This document shows, piece by piece, positions 20,497-29,916 of a stretch of 52,601 nt of DNA; position 1 is the stretch's first letter, and each line of letters starts with the position of its first letter. The notes beneath the pieces are model-generated. The model made no database searches. It was not told the DNA's origin and worked only from the letters and a program-made list of their open reading frames with translations. The stretch is from sequence record SRR33789315_138; one strand, written 5' to 3'. Both the position numbers and the translations under genes were made by a program.

Positions 20497-21353
20497 TGAA
20501 AACCTTTTTTAGCATAATTTATATTCCTTTAAGTTCTAATTTACAAGAGAAAATTAGTATTGGATTGGTTATGTCTGATGGAGAGCAAAATATTTTTAAA
20601 ATTTCTAAACCTAAATTTCAAATTGTTAAGAATTTATTTTCAACACATAAATATAATTTGTTAAAAAATTATTTTAATAATATAATTGAAGAAATCACCC
20701 CTAATATCAATGCATTTAGATTAGATTTAAACCCTTATTCTTCAAATAATTGGTTGAATGAATCCTATATAAGCTACCTGAATAGGTATTCCAACAACTT
20801 AGTAGTTTATTCAGAGCCTAGAAAAATAGATATTGCTATTTCAACTGAAAATTTTAACCGTCTCTTTAAAAAATTTGTTTTTGAGTATGATGAAGAGGTT
20901 AATTCTGTAGCTAAGGAAAATATCTTATCAAAAGTTAATAAACAATTATATTCTAAAATTGAAAGTCACGTAAATCTCCAAGTAACCGTGAATTCAAGTA
21001 ATTTTAATGAATTACTTACACCTGTTGATGTCAATTTTATTGGAAAAAATGGAGTAATTGTTGCTGGACAAGCCATTGATTTTGATAAAAGACTCTATAA
21101 CTTAGAACATGATTTGACCAGTTATATCTCTTTCACTAAAGCCGTTGATTATTCCGGAAATAATGGAAAATATTTTTTAGTAGGTCAAGAACCTGATAAA
21201 AAAGAGAATCCTAATAATCACAGGACGTGGAAACAAGTTAAAGAAAGTCATTTGGTAGACTATATTGATCTTAATGAAACAGATAAGATAAAAGAGTATA
21301 TAATTTCAAATGGAGTAGCTCCTTACTTCGAAAAAGAGATGATATCAGATTAA
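20496..21353 (+). CDS. DUF3037-like protein with extra C-terminal domain, kinase partner
   Basis: N-terminus FSIIYIP....QEKISIGLV resembles DUF3037; C-terminal VDVNFIGKNG..AGQAIDF; coupled to the kinase by TAATG. Confidence 0.55.
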   Translation: MKTFFSIIYIPLSSNLQEKISIGLVMSDGEQNIFKISKPKFQIVKNLFSTHKYNLLKNYFNNIIEEITPNINAFRLDLNPYSSNNWLNESYISYLNRYSNNLVVYSEPRKIDIAISTENFNRLFKKFVFEYDEEVNSVAKENILSKVNKQLYSKIESHVNLQVTVNSSNFNELLTPVDVNFIGKNGVIVAGQAIDFDKRLYNLEHDLTSYISFTKAVDYSGNNGKYFLVGQEPDKKENPNNHRTWKQVKESHLVDYIDLNETDKIKEYIISNGVAPYFEKEMISD

Positions 21354-21384
21354 CTTCAAAGTGTTGTTATTTTAGAAACAGAAT

Positions 21385-22251
21385 TTAACTCCCACGATAG
21401 GTTGTATATCCGTACGGATTAATCAATAACGGAATGTGGTAATGGCTATCGTCTGTAACAGTGAAGTTAATGGCCACTTCGGGATAAAATCCGTTGGTTT
21501 CACTTTTGCGGAAATAAGTATCCGTATCAAAAACCATCAAGTAAGAACCGGTCTTTAAAATACGTCCCGGCGGAAGCACATCTGCAATCCGGCCATCTGC
21601 ATTGGTAATTCCAGTGCTGAGGGGTTTCCACGTATTATCGCGCATCCCTTTTAAGGTAATATGCATTTTAGCTGCAGGAACTCCTATAGAAGTATCCAAT
21701 GCATGTGTTGTAAGTTGGCTGCCCAACTTTATTTCGCTTAAACCTTCGACCAATTTCGCTAAGCGAATTACAGTAATTTTATGTTGTTCATTCATTGCCA
21801 CAAAGATTTCGTCTTCCGGCTCATGTTGCATTCTCTTTTGAACAATCGCCAACATTTCTTCGGCTGATTTTCCGCTGGCGCTTACGATAAAAATATAACC
21901 AAATCGTGCTTCATAAGCCGTATTGGCATCCGCCAAAGCTTGAATAGTTTCGGTATTGGCTTCAGTAACTTGGGCTTGTTCGTTATTTGCCCAATCCTGT
22001 GTATGCGCAAATTTTTTCGTCAGGCTAGCTACATCCCCAATCTTGGGATGCCCGGTAAATGCTTCTTTATAATCAGAAATATCGCAGGTTTCATACCAGA
22101 TTTCTGCGCTTTTGGTTACCAAATCCTCCAAAGAGGAAAAAGGACGTTTTTCCAACATATTATGAATCAATGTTTTGGAAACACAACACGTTTCCAGCAT
22201 GGAAAAAGCTTCGTTTTCGGGAATGGTATTGAGTTGCTCTAATGTTATCAT
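21385..22251 (-). CDS. Bifunctional OHCU decarboxylase (UraD) / 5-hydroxyisourate hydrolase (UraH) fusion
   Basis: N-terminal GHPKIG, EQ, YEARFGYIFIVSASG; C-terminal LTTHALDT, DGR, HYHIPLL..YTTYRGS. Confidence 0.92.
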   Translation of the reverse strand: MITLEQLNTIPENEAFSMLETCCVSKTLIHNMLEKRPFSSLEDLVTKSAEIWYETCDISDYKEAFTGHPKIGDVASLTKKFAHTQDWANNEQAQVTEANTETIQALADANTAYEARFGYIFIVSASGKSAEEMLAIVQKRMQHEPEDEIFVAMNEQHKITVIRLAKLVEGLSEIKLGSQLTTHALDTSIGVPAAKMHITLKGMRDNTWKPLSTGITNADGRIADVLPPGRILKTGSYLMVFDTDTYFRKSETNGFYPEVAINFTVTDDSHYHIPLLINPYGYTTYRGS

Positions 22252-22253
22252 CG

Positions 22254-23660
22254 CTATTCTTTTGGTGCGCCCTGACTGTACCAGCAGTTGATCATATCGC
22301 GTTCTTCTTGGGTGATTCCGGTCTGGTTGTTATTAAACGGCATCGCCTTGCTCACCACAACTTGCTGGAAAATATTATTCCGTAAGTTATAAATTTGGTC
22401 TGCGGTATCAAACATAATTCCCTTGGGAGCAACTGTCCAGACGGCATCACTTGGGTTTTGAGAATGACACACCATACACCTTCTATTGATTACGGCATGC
22501 ACTTCTGCAAAAGAAACGTCTTCGGTGCAATTTTCATATTTGGGAGGTGATGGCGCCGTAGCAAAAGCTACTGCAAACAAAATCAACACGCCCACAGGCA
22601 TCACCCAAACCGAAAGTTGTCCTTTTTCCCGCAAATTAAGGTAATGCTTCACGCCTGCACTTCCCAATGTAATTCCCAAAAGAACCAACCATTGATGGGT
22701 ATTCCCGTACGTACTGGGAAAGTGGTTGCTAATCATCGTAAACAACACCGGAAGCGTCAAATAATTGTTGGTATAGGAGCGTAAAAAAGCGGCTTTCCCG
22801 TCTTCGGGATTAGGTGGTAACCCTTTTTTTGCCGCAGCGACCATACGTTTTTGGCCAGGAATAATAATAAAGAACACATTCCCGGCCATTAAGGTGGCGA
22901 TCATCGCTCCAAAATGGATAAAAGCGGCTCTTCCGCTAAACACGTGCGCATAAAACCAAGCAAAAAATACCAACATTAAGCTTATGGAAACCAAGAAAAC
23001 AATGCCGTTTTTGGAAAGTTTTTTACAGATAAAATCATAGAGATACCACGCAAAAATCAGCGAAAGGATACTTATGGTAATCGCCGTCGTCGGTGTAATA
23101 TCCAGTACATTGGGATCAATCAAAAAGGATTTTGAATTGAAATAATAGACAATCATCAACAAGCTAAAACCCGAGAGCCAGGTAAAATAGGCTTCATATT
23201 TAAACCAGTGTAAATGCTTCGGTATTTCTTTAGGAGCAATCTTATATTTTTCAATATAATAAAAACCGCCACCGTGCACAGCCCACAGGTTTCCGGCGAG
23301 TTCATCTCGAATATTTTCGGTTCGGTTTAAGGAATTTTCCAGAAAAACGAAATAAAAAGAAGCTCCGATCCACGCAATCCCAAAAGTGATATGCATCCAA
23401 CGCATACCCAGATTAATCCATTCCATAAAATGGCTTTCCCAAATCGTCCCTTTCAGAAAAATATAGACAAGAACCAGTCCGCAGATGGTAGAAAAAATGA
23501 TAAATACGTAAAACCAATTCTGGATTTGGGAATAGGATTCGGCCGTCTCCTCATCGTCTTTTGCTTTCGCTTGATTGATCCAGTGATGCAATTTATATGT
23601 ACCCGCAACACCGATGATAAAAATCATCAGCCAGATAATAAGAAATGCGCTTGGAATCAT
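22254..23660 (-). CDS. puuD: Membrane urate hydroxylase PuuD with C-terminal cytochrome c
   Basis: RWMH..GIAWIGASFYF, WAVHGGGFY, LHWFKYEAY, NNYLTLPV..MISNH, CMVCH heme motif. Confidence 0.9.
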   Translation of the reverse strand: MIPSAFLIIWLMIFIIGVAGTYKLHHWINQAKAKDDEETAESYSQIQNWFYVFIIFSTICGLVLVYIFLKGTIWESHFMEWINLGMRWMHITFGIAWIGASFYFVFLENSLNRTENIRDELAGNLWAVHGGGFYYIEKYKIAPKEIPKHLHWFKYEAYFTWLSGFSLLMIVYYFNSKSFLIDPNVLDITPTTAITISILSLIFAWYLYDFICKKLSKNGIVFLVSISLMLVFFAWFYAHVFSGRAAFIHFGAMIATLMAGNVFFIIIPGQKRMVAAAKKGLPPNPEDGKAAFLRSYTNNYLTLPVLFTMISNHFPSTYGNTHQWLVLLGITLGSAGVKHYLNLREKGQLSVWVMPVGVLILFAVAFATAPSPPKYENCTEDVSFAEVHAVINRRCMVCHSQNPSDAVWTVAPKGIMFDTADQIYNLRNNIFQQVVVSKAMPFNNNQTGITQEERDMINCWYSQGAPKE

Positions 23661-23706
23661 AAATGGGGTTTAGAAAAACGGTGCTACAATAATAGGGTAA
23701 TTTATT

Positions 23707-25053
23707 TTATCGAAACAGCAGATTACCTGTGTTCAATTGTTGAATAGCTCCCTCTTTTACGACCCACTCCCCGTTGACAAAGGTATGGAGGACGTTTCCG
23801 TAAAGGGTTTCTCCCAAATACGGACTCGCCTTATGCCGGTGTTGAATGCTTTCTTCAGTAACCAAAAAGCGTTCTTTATCATCCCAAACGGTAATGTCTG
23901 CATCATAATCAACCGCCAGTTTTCCTTTTTGTTTCAATCCTAAAAAAGCCGCAGGATTTGAAGTGAGCAACGGAATCAATTTTGCTAACGAAAGCCCATA
24001 TTCCTGCGCTTTGGTGACCAGAACCGGAAGCGTAAACTGCAATCCGGCAATTCCGCCCCAAGCGGTAAAGAAATTTCCGCTTTCTAATTGTTTGATGTCT
24101 GGCGGGGCCGGTGAATGGTCTGAAGCCAAAAAATTCATTTCGTCCTTCAAAATCATTTCCCAGAGTTGATCATTATTGGCCTTCTCACGAATGGGCGGCG
24201 CACATTTGTAAATGGGCGAAGCATCTGGAATTTCTTCGGCATTGAAATACAAGTAATGCGGACAGGTTTCTACGGTTAATTTATCGGTTTCTGCCTTGCG
24301 TTGTACAATACGCTCAATCCCAGCCGAAGCGGATAAATGCACAATGTGCACCTTAATATCATATTTTTTCTGAATATCAAGCGCCAAATCAATGGCATTG
24401 GTTTCCCATTGTTGTGGCCGTGAAGCCATATATTCTTGATATGATTTTGGGTTATTTACTTCGGGAACATGTGCATCACTCAATTCGCAATGCAATAACA
24501 ACGGAATATCATATTGCTTTAAAACAGGCGCGATTTGCTCGAGATCTTCGCGGGTCACATTCGGAAATTCATCAATCCCAGAATGTGTCAAAAAACCTTT
24601 TATACCAAAAACTCCGGCTTGAATCAAGCCTTCTATTTCCTCCAAATTATCGGGAATCACACCGCCATAAAATCCGCAATTCACGTGTAATTTTCCTACT
24701 GAAGCTTCTTGCTTTTCGCGGAATGCTTCCGCAGTAGTTGTCACCGGACTCGCATTGAGCGGCATTTCGATTAACGTAGTCACACCACCAACTGCAGCAG
24801 CTTTTGTGGCGGTATCAAAACCTTCCCATTCGGTTCTTCCCGGTTCGTTAATATGCACGTGGGCATCGATAATTCCCGGCATCACGATGAGATCGCCATA
24901 ATTCAGAAAAGGAAGTCCCACGCGTTCACTCTTTCCTTCGGCAATCCCTACAATCTTACTATTGCGCACGTGAATACTGGCTTCGGCAAACGCTCCATCC
25001 ATAAAACACCGCTTGCTGTAGATAACAAATTCGTTTTTCAATCTACTTACCAT
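23707..25053 (-). CDS. allB: Allantoinase
   Basis: DAHVHINEPGRTEWEGF, EMPLNASP, ETCPHYL, KCAPPIR, SDHSP. Confidence 0.93.
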   Translation of the reverse strand: MVSRLKNEFVIYSKRCFMDGAFAEASIHVRNSKIVGIAEGKSERVGLPFLNYGDLIVMPGIIDAHVHINEPGRTEWEGFDTATKAAAVGGVTTLIEMPLNASPVTTTAEAFREKQEASVGKLHVNCGFYGGVIPDNLEEIEGLIQAGVFGIKGFLTHSGIDEFPNVTREDLEQIAPVLKQYDIPLLLHCELSDAHVPEVNNPKSYQEYMASRPQQWETNAIDLALDIQKKYDIKVHIVHLSASAGIERIVQRKAETDKLTVETCPHYLYFNAEEIPDASPIYKCAPPIREKANNDQLWEMILKDEMNFLASDHSPAPPDIKQLESGNFFTAWGGIAGLQFTLPVLVTKAQEYGLSLAKLIPLLTSNPAAFLGLKQKGKLAVDYDADITVWDDKERFLVTEESIQHRHKASPYLGETLYGNVLHTFVNGEWVVKEGAIQQLNTGNLLFR

Positions 25054-27367
25054 ACAAACTCATTAAGACTTTTTCAGGCGTCATTGGGGCGTGAAATTTG
25101 GGTTTATAATCAGGATTAAACGCTTTTATAGCATTTTGCAAAGCGAAATAAGCACCAATGCCATACATCAATGGTGGTTCGCCAACAGCTTTAGATTTTA
25201 AAATCGCCATCTCATTGCCTTCCGTTTCCAGCGGAAGCACTTCCACTACTTTTGGCACCGAATAAATATCTGGCACTTTATAGGTAGATAAGGCATTAGA
25301 AAGTAATCTGCCATCCGCATTATAAGCGATTTCCTCTACCGTCATCCAGCCCAGACCTTGCACCAAAGCACCTTCAACCTGACCCAAATCAATGCCTTTA
25401 CTCATACTTATACCGTAATCGTGCACAATTTTTACCGAATCAAATGCATAAGTGCCGCGCATACAATCTACCGTCGTGGTGATAATGGCGGTGCCGTAAA
25501 CGTGATAAGCAAACGGATGTCCTTTTTCTTTAGTCTTGTCAAAATGAATTTCGGGTGTGGCATAATGCGCGTTTTCACTTAAGCTTACGCGAAAAAGCAT
25601 CGCTTTGGTGATCATTTCGTTCCAGGAAAGTTCTGTTTTGCTTCCATTTAAACACACCCATTCATCTTTAAATGCAACCGAATCCAAATCTGTTTTTAGT
25701 TCATCTGCTGCTAAAACTTTTAAGCGTTCCAAAAGGGAATTACAGGCTTTAAGCAAGGCTTTTCCATTTAAATCTGCTGTAGAACTAGCCGCTGAAGGCG
25801 AGGTATTGGCCACGCGTGTGGTATTGGTAGTTTCGATTTTTACCTTCTCATGGGATATCGAAAATACATCTGCAGCAATCTGCAACAATTTGGTATTTAC
25901 ACCCTGCCCCATCTCGACTGCCGCGGTGCTCACGCCTACGCTTCCATCTTGATAAATATGCACTAACGCACGCGCATGGTTCATAGGCGTATTGGTGAAC
26001 GAAATCCCAAACGTAATGGGCATCAAGGCCAGCCCTTTTTTAGAATCGGTATGTGTTGCATTGAATACCTCGACCTCTTTTTCGAGGGTTTCTAAATCAA
26101 ATTTTTCTTTGGCCGAAAACCAAGAATTTTCAGCTTCAACCTGTTTGGCAATTTGACCATAAGAAAACACATCATTTTCTCTCAATAAGTTTTTTTCCTG
26201 TATTTCCCGCGGAAGAATCCCCAGTTCATCGGCTGCTTTTGCGATAGCAGATTCTATCACAAACATCCCTTGTGGCCCACCAAAACCACGGAAAGCGGTA
26301 TTGGGCGGAAGGTGTGTTTTGCAACTATAAACCGCTGTTTTTACATTTTCTACGTAATAACTGTTGGTCGCGTGAAAGAGTGTGCGCTCGGCAATTGCCG
26401 GCGAAAGATCTGCCGCAGCACCAGAATTCTGTAAATATTCAGCTTCAAAAGCGAGGATTTTTAAGTCTTTGGACAACCCAATTTTAAAGGTGCTTTCATA
26501 CGGATGGCGTTTGCCGGTCATCCGTAAATCATCATGCCGATTCAAAATTAATTTAACCGATTGATTCATATGTTTCGCGCCTAGCGCAGCCATTACAGAC
26601 CACGGAGTTGCCTGATCTTCTTTCCCCCCAAAACCACCACCCAAACGCGTCACATCAACTTCAATTTTATGCATCGCAACACCTAACACGCGAGCTGTCA
26701 TTTTCTGAACTGCTGTTGGCCCTTGCGTGGAGGAAGTAATACGAATATTTCCGTTTTCTAAAGGCTCGGCATACGCACCTTGCGCTTCTATATATAAATG
26801 TTCTTGCCCGTTTGAGAAGGTTTCGCCTTCAAAAATATGGGCGCAATCTATAAAAGCTTTTTCCGTATCGCCTAACTTAAAATGACGCGGTTTATTGATA
26901 AAACTTCCTTGTGCTTTGGCTTCTTTGGCCGTGGTAATCACTGGAAGTTCTTCGATTTCAATTTTAATTAATTTACGGGCTTTTCTGGCGATTAATTCCG
27001 TTTCTGCTAAAATCAAAGCAATGGGCTGACCCCAGAAATGAACCTCATCTTCTGCAAAAAGGGGTTCGTCTAATAAAATTCCGCCAATCTGATTATCGCC
27101 TGGAATATCTTTATAGGTCAAAATAGCCGCTACGCCGGCAACTTGCAAGGCTTTTGAGTAGTCTATATTTATTATTTTTCCGTGTGCTTTTGGTGAATCA
27201 AAAACCACAGCATGCAACGTTCCTTGTCGCACATTGACATCGTCCACATAAATCGACTCGCCTCGTAAATGGGTAAACGAATCGATATTTTTCACACTTT
27301 GTTTCACCGAAGTTTTATCCTCTTCCTTCAGCAAAAAATCAATCATTACTTTATCCTTCTCCATCAT
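25043..27367 (-). CDS. xdhB: Xanthine dehydrogenase molybdopterin-binding subunit
   Basis: RLGGGFGGKE, TAFRGFGGPQG, EMGQG, SKAVGEPP. Confidence 0.93.
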   Translation of the reverse strand: MMEKDKVMIDFLLKEEDKTSVKQSVKNIDSFTHLRGESIYVDDVNVRQGTLHAVVFDSPKAHGKIINIDYSKALQVAGVAAILTYKDIPGDNQIGGILLDEPLFAEDEVHFWGQPIALILAETELIARKARKLIKIEIEELPVITTAKEAKAQGSFINKPRHFKLGDTEKAFIDCAHIFEGETFSNGQEHLYIEAQGAYAEPLENGNIRITSSTQGPTAVQKMTARVLGVAMHKIEVDVTRLGGGFGGKEDQATPWSVMAALGAKHMNQSVKLILNRHDDLRMTGKRHPYESTFKIGLSKDLKILAFEAEYLQNSGAAADLSPAIAERTLFHATNSYYVENVKTAVYSCKTHLPPNTAFRGFGGPQGMFVIESAIAKAADELGILPREIQEKNLLRENDVFSYGQIAKQVEAENSWFSAKEKFDLETLEKEVEVFNATHTDSKKGLALMPITFGISFTNTPMNHARALVHIYQDGSVGVSTAAVEMGQGVNTKLLQIAADVFSISHEKVKIETTNTTRVANTSPSAASSTADLNGKALLKACNSLLERLKVLAADELKTDLDSVAFKDEWVCLNGSKTELSWNEMITKAMLFRVSLSENAHYATPEIHFDKTKEKGHPFAYHVYGTAIITTTVDCMRGTYAFDSVKIVHDYGISMSKGIDLGQVEGALVQGLGWMTVEEIAYNADGRLLSNALSTYKVPDIYSVPKVVEVLPLETEGNEMAILKSKAVGEPPLMYGIGAYFALQNAIKAFNPDYKPKFHAPMTPEKVLMSLYGK

Positions 27368-28773
27368 GCTATCATTTCGGTTAACGTAAATTTTTCGGGA
27401 AACAGCTCTGTAAAATGGGCAAAAAACAACTGTCTTGCCAGTAAACGCTTATAATCGCTGCTTCCTCGTACATCGCTTATCGGGGCAATTTCATTTTGTA
27501 AAACAGTATTGGCTTCTTGAATCGTTTGCACCGTAAAGGGCTTCCCTATTAAGAAATCACGGGTTTTAAACAAGTATTTAGGAATGGGAGCCACGCCGCC
27601 CATTGCCAAATGAACTTCGCTGATTACCTCCTCTTTAATCGAAATCTGTATTGCGGCATTTACGGTGGCAATGTCTAAATGCATCCGTTTAGAAACTTTT
27701 TCAAAATTGAAATACGTGTCCTTACATGGCAATTTAAACGTGATTTCTTTGATGATCTCGCCTTCTTTTAAATCCAGTGTTTTATATCCTTTATAAAAGG
27801 TATTTAATGGTAAAATCCGCTCTTCTCCCAACACATCCAGCAAGGTTATTTTGCTATTCAGCGCCAAGAAAAATCCAGTCATATCGCCTATGGGCGAAGC
27901 ATTTACAAAATTACCGCCAAGCGAAGCCATATTCCGGATAGGTTCTGAGGAAACGAGTTTTAAATGTTTTCTCAAATTTGGAAAAAAGGTGATTAGTTCA
28001 GGATGATTCCAAAGTTCGGTGACGGTAGTACCGGCTCCAATCGTGCATTGCTCTTCTGAAATTATAATGCCTTTTAAACTGTCGTTTGGATCTAATAATT
28101 GAACCGTTTCTTCCACAAGATCATCTGCTTTTTGCACATACAAATCGGTGCCACCGGCGACAATTTTTGCACTGCGATGTGGCAGTCGCTGTTGGTGTAA
28201 ATGCTTCAGTCGTTCTGGAATTTCTTTAAAATAGTCAGGAATGAATTTGTTTTTGATCAGCCAATCCAACGAAATCTCTTTTTCTTCGGCTTCCAGCTTT
28301 TCGCAAACTTCCATCCCAGCCTTTTCGATAGATTTATAACCCGTACAGCGGCAAATATTACCACTTATAGCACGCAAAGCATGCTCCGCATCTTTCGGAT
28401 GTTCTGAAATCGCAAAACCCGTAAGTGCCACCACAAAACCCGGCGTGCAGAATCCGCACTGGGTTGCAAAATTGGCTTTCATGGCTTGCTGCGCTTGGGT
28501 CAGGCTATTTTTTAAATTGGTTCCTTCGACCGTTACAATATGCATGCCGTGCGCGTTTCCCAAGGGGGAAATACAAGAAGTAATGGTTTTATAATCCAGT
28601 TTTCCGTTTTCGCTTAACGAACCTACCAACACGGTACACGCACCACAATCTCCTTCACGGCAACCAATTTTGGTGCCCGTCAACCGCTTTTCATACCGCA
28701 CAAAATCCAACAGGGTCATTCCTGATTGGGCTTCGGTTTGTATGGTTTTATTGTTTAAAATAAATGTTATCAT
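27364..28773 (-). CDS. xdhA: Xanthine dehydrogenase Fe-S/FAD subunit
   Basis: GCREGDCGACTV, QCGFCTPG, GNICRCTGY, AGGTDL; likely start is the ATG at 28773. Confidence 0.93.
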   Translation of the reverse strand: MITFILNNKTIQTEAQSGMTLLDFVRYEKRLTGTKIGCREGDCGACTVLVGSLSENGKLDYKTITSCISPLGNAHGMHIVTVEGTNLKNSLTQAQQAMKANFATQCGFCTPGFVVALTGFAISEHPKDAEHALRAISGNICRCTGYKSIEKAGMEVCEKLEAEEKEISLDWLIKNKFIPDYFKEIPERLKHLHQQRLPHRSAKIVAGGTDLYVQKADDLVEETVQLLDPNDSLKGIIISEEQCTIGAGTTVTELWNHPELITFFPNLRKHLKLVSSEPIRNMASLGGNFVNASPIGDMTGFFLALNSKITLLDVLGEERILPLNTFYKGYKTLDLKEGEIIKEITFKLPCKDTYFNFEKVSKRMHLDIATVNAAIQISIKEEVISEVHLAMGGVAPIPKYLFKTRDFLIGKPFTVQTIQEANTVLQNEIAPISDVRGSSDYKRLLARQLFFAHFTELFPEKFTLTEMIA

Positions 28774-28919
28774 AATTCTTTTCCTCGCCAGTATCCTATT
28801 CCTATGCTTCGCTTGCAATTAGACAAGATACAAATTTTCATAAAAAGTGTTTCGATAGTAGGTATTAGAATATAAAATCTAAAAAAATATAAGGTTATAG
28901 GTTAATTTACTTCCTATAC

Positions 28920-28931
28920 TGATTAATATCA
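28920..28931. promoter_or_regulatory. Crp/Fnr-like box upstream of nadA
   Basis: TGAT-taat-ATCA in the xdhA/nadA divergent gap. Confidence 0.35.
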
Positions 28932-28987
28932 TATAATATCTATCTCCCAGCAATGAAATTTGTAAGAATCCCGAATATTCAGCAGAG

Positions 28988-29914
28988 ATGAGTTTGACCT
29001 CAAAAATCGTAGCACTCAAAAAAGAAAAGCATGCAATCATTCTTGCCCATTACTATCAGCGACCTGAAATACAGGATATAGCCGATTTTGTGGGTGACAG
29101 TTTGGAGCTTTCAAAAAAGGCTTCCCAAACCGATGCAAAAGTCATTGTTTTTGCCGGCGTACGATTTATGGCAGAAACTGCAAAAATACTTAATCCCAAT
29201 AAAAAGGTACTCTTACCAGATATGGAAGCCGGATGTTCCCTAGCAGATTCTTGCCAACCGGAAGATTTTAGAAAACTCATCCTCAAATATCCAGATCATG
29301 TTGTGGTCACTTATATCAACTGTTCTGCAGCGATAAAAGCCATGAGTGATCTTGTTTGTACTTCTTCTAATGCGGTGAAAATAATAGCCTCTATTCCTAA
29401 AGAAAAACCCATAATTTTTGCACCTGATAAAAATCTGGGACGGTATCTTAGTAAGATTACAGGCCGCAACATGCTTTTGTGGGATGGTTCATGCGTTGTT
29501 CATGAAGCTTTTGCGTTAGACCGTTTGCTACAATTATATAAGGAACATAAAAATGCCAAGATTATCGCCCATCCCGAATCTGAATCTACTATTCTGAATA
29601 CCGCTACCTACATTGGTTCTACGTCTGGCATGATAAATTTTGTAAAAGAACATCCAAACGAAAAATTCATCGTGGCCACAGAAGCCGGTATATTACATAA
29701 AATGCAACAAGAAGTGCCCAGAACTCTTCTTATTCCGGCGCCAACAGCAGAAGACAACACCTGTGCTTGTAGTGAATGTGCCTTTATGAAAGTGAACACC
29801 TTACAAAAACTATACGATTGCCTACTACAAGAATCTCCCCAAATATTCATTCCAGAACCTCTTAGACAACTTGCGCTGACCCCTATTGAACGCATGCTTG
29901 AAATATCAAAATAA
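28988..29914 (+). CDS. nadA: Quinolinate synthase
   Basis: ILAHYYQ, GDSLELS, AGCSLA, TYINCS, SCVVH, AHPES, CAFMK. Confidence 0.96.
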   Translation: MSLTSKIVALKKEKHAIILAHYYQRPEIQDIADFVGDSLELSKKASQTDAKVIVFAGVRFMAETAKILNPNKKVLLPDMEAGCSLADSCQPEDFRKLILKYPDHVVVTYINCSAAIKAMSDLVCTSSNAVKIIASIPKEKPIIFAPDKNLGRYLSKITGRNMLLWDGSCVVHEAFALDRLLQLYKEHKNAKIIAHPESESTILNTATYIGSTSGMINFVKEHPNEKFIVATEAGILHKMQQEVPRTLLIPAPTAEDNTCACSECAFMKVNTLQKLYDCLLQESPQIFIPEPLRQLALTPIERMLEISK

Positions 29915-29916
29915 TC

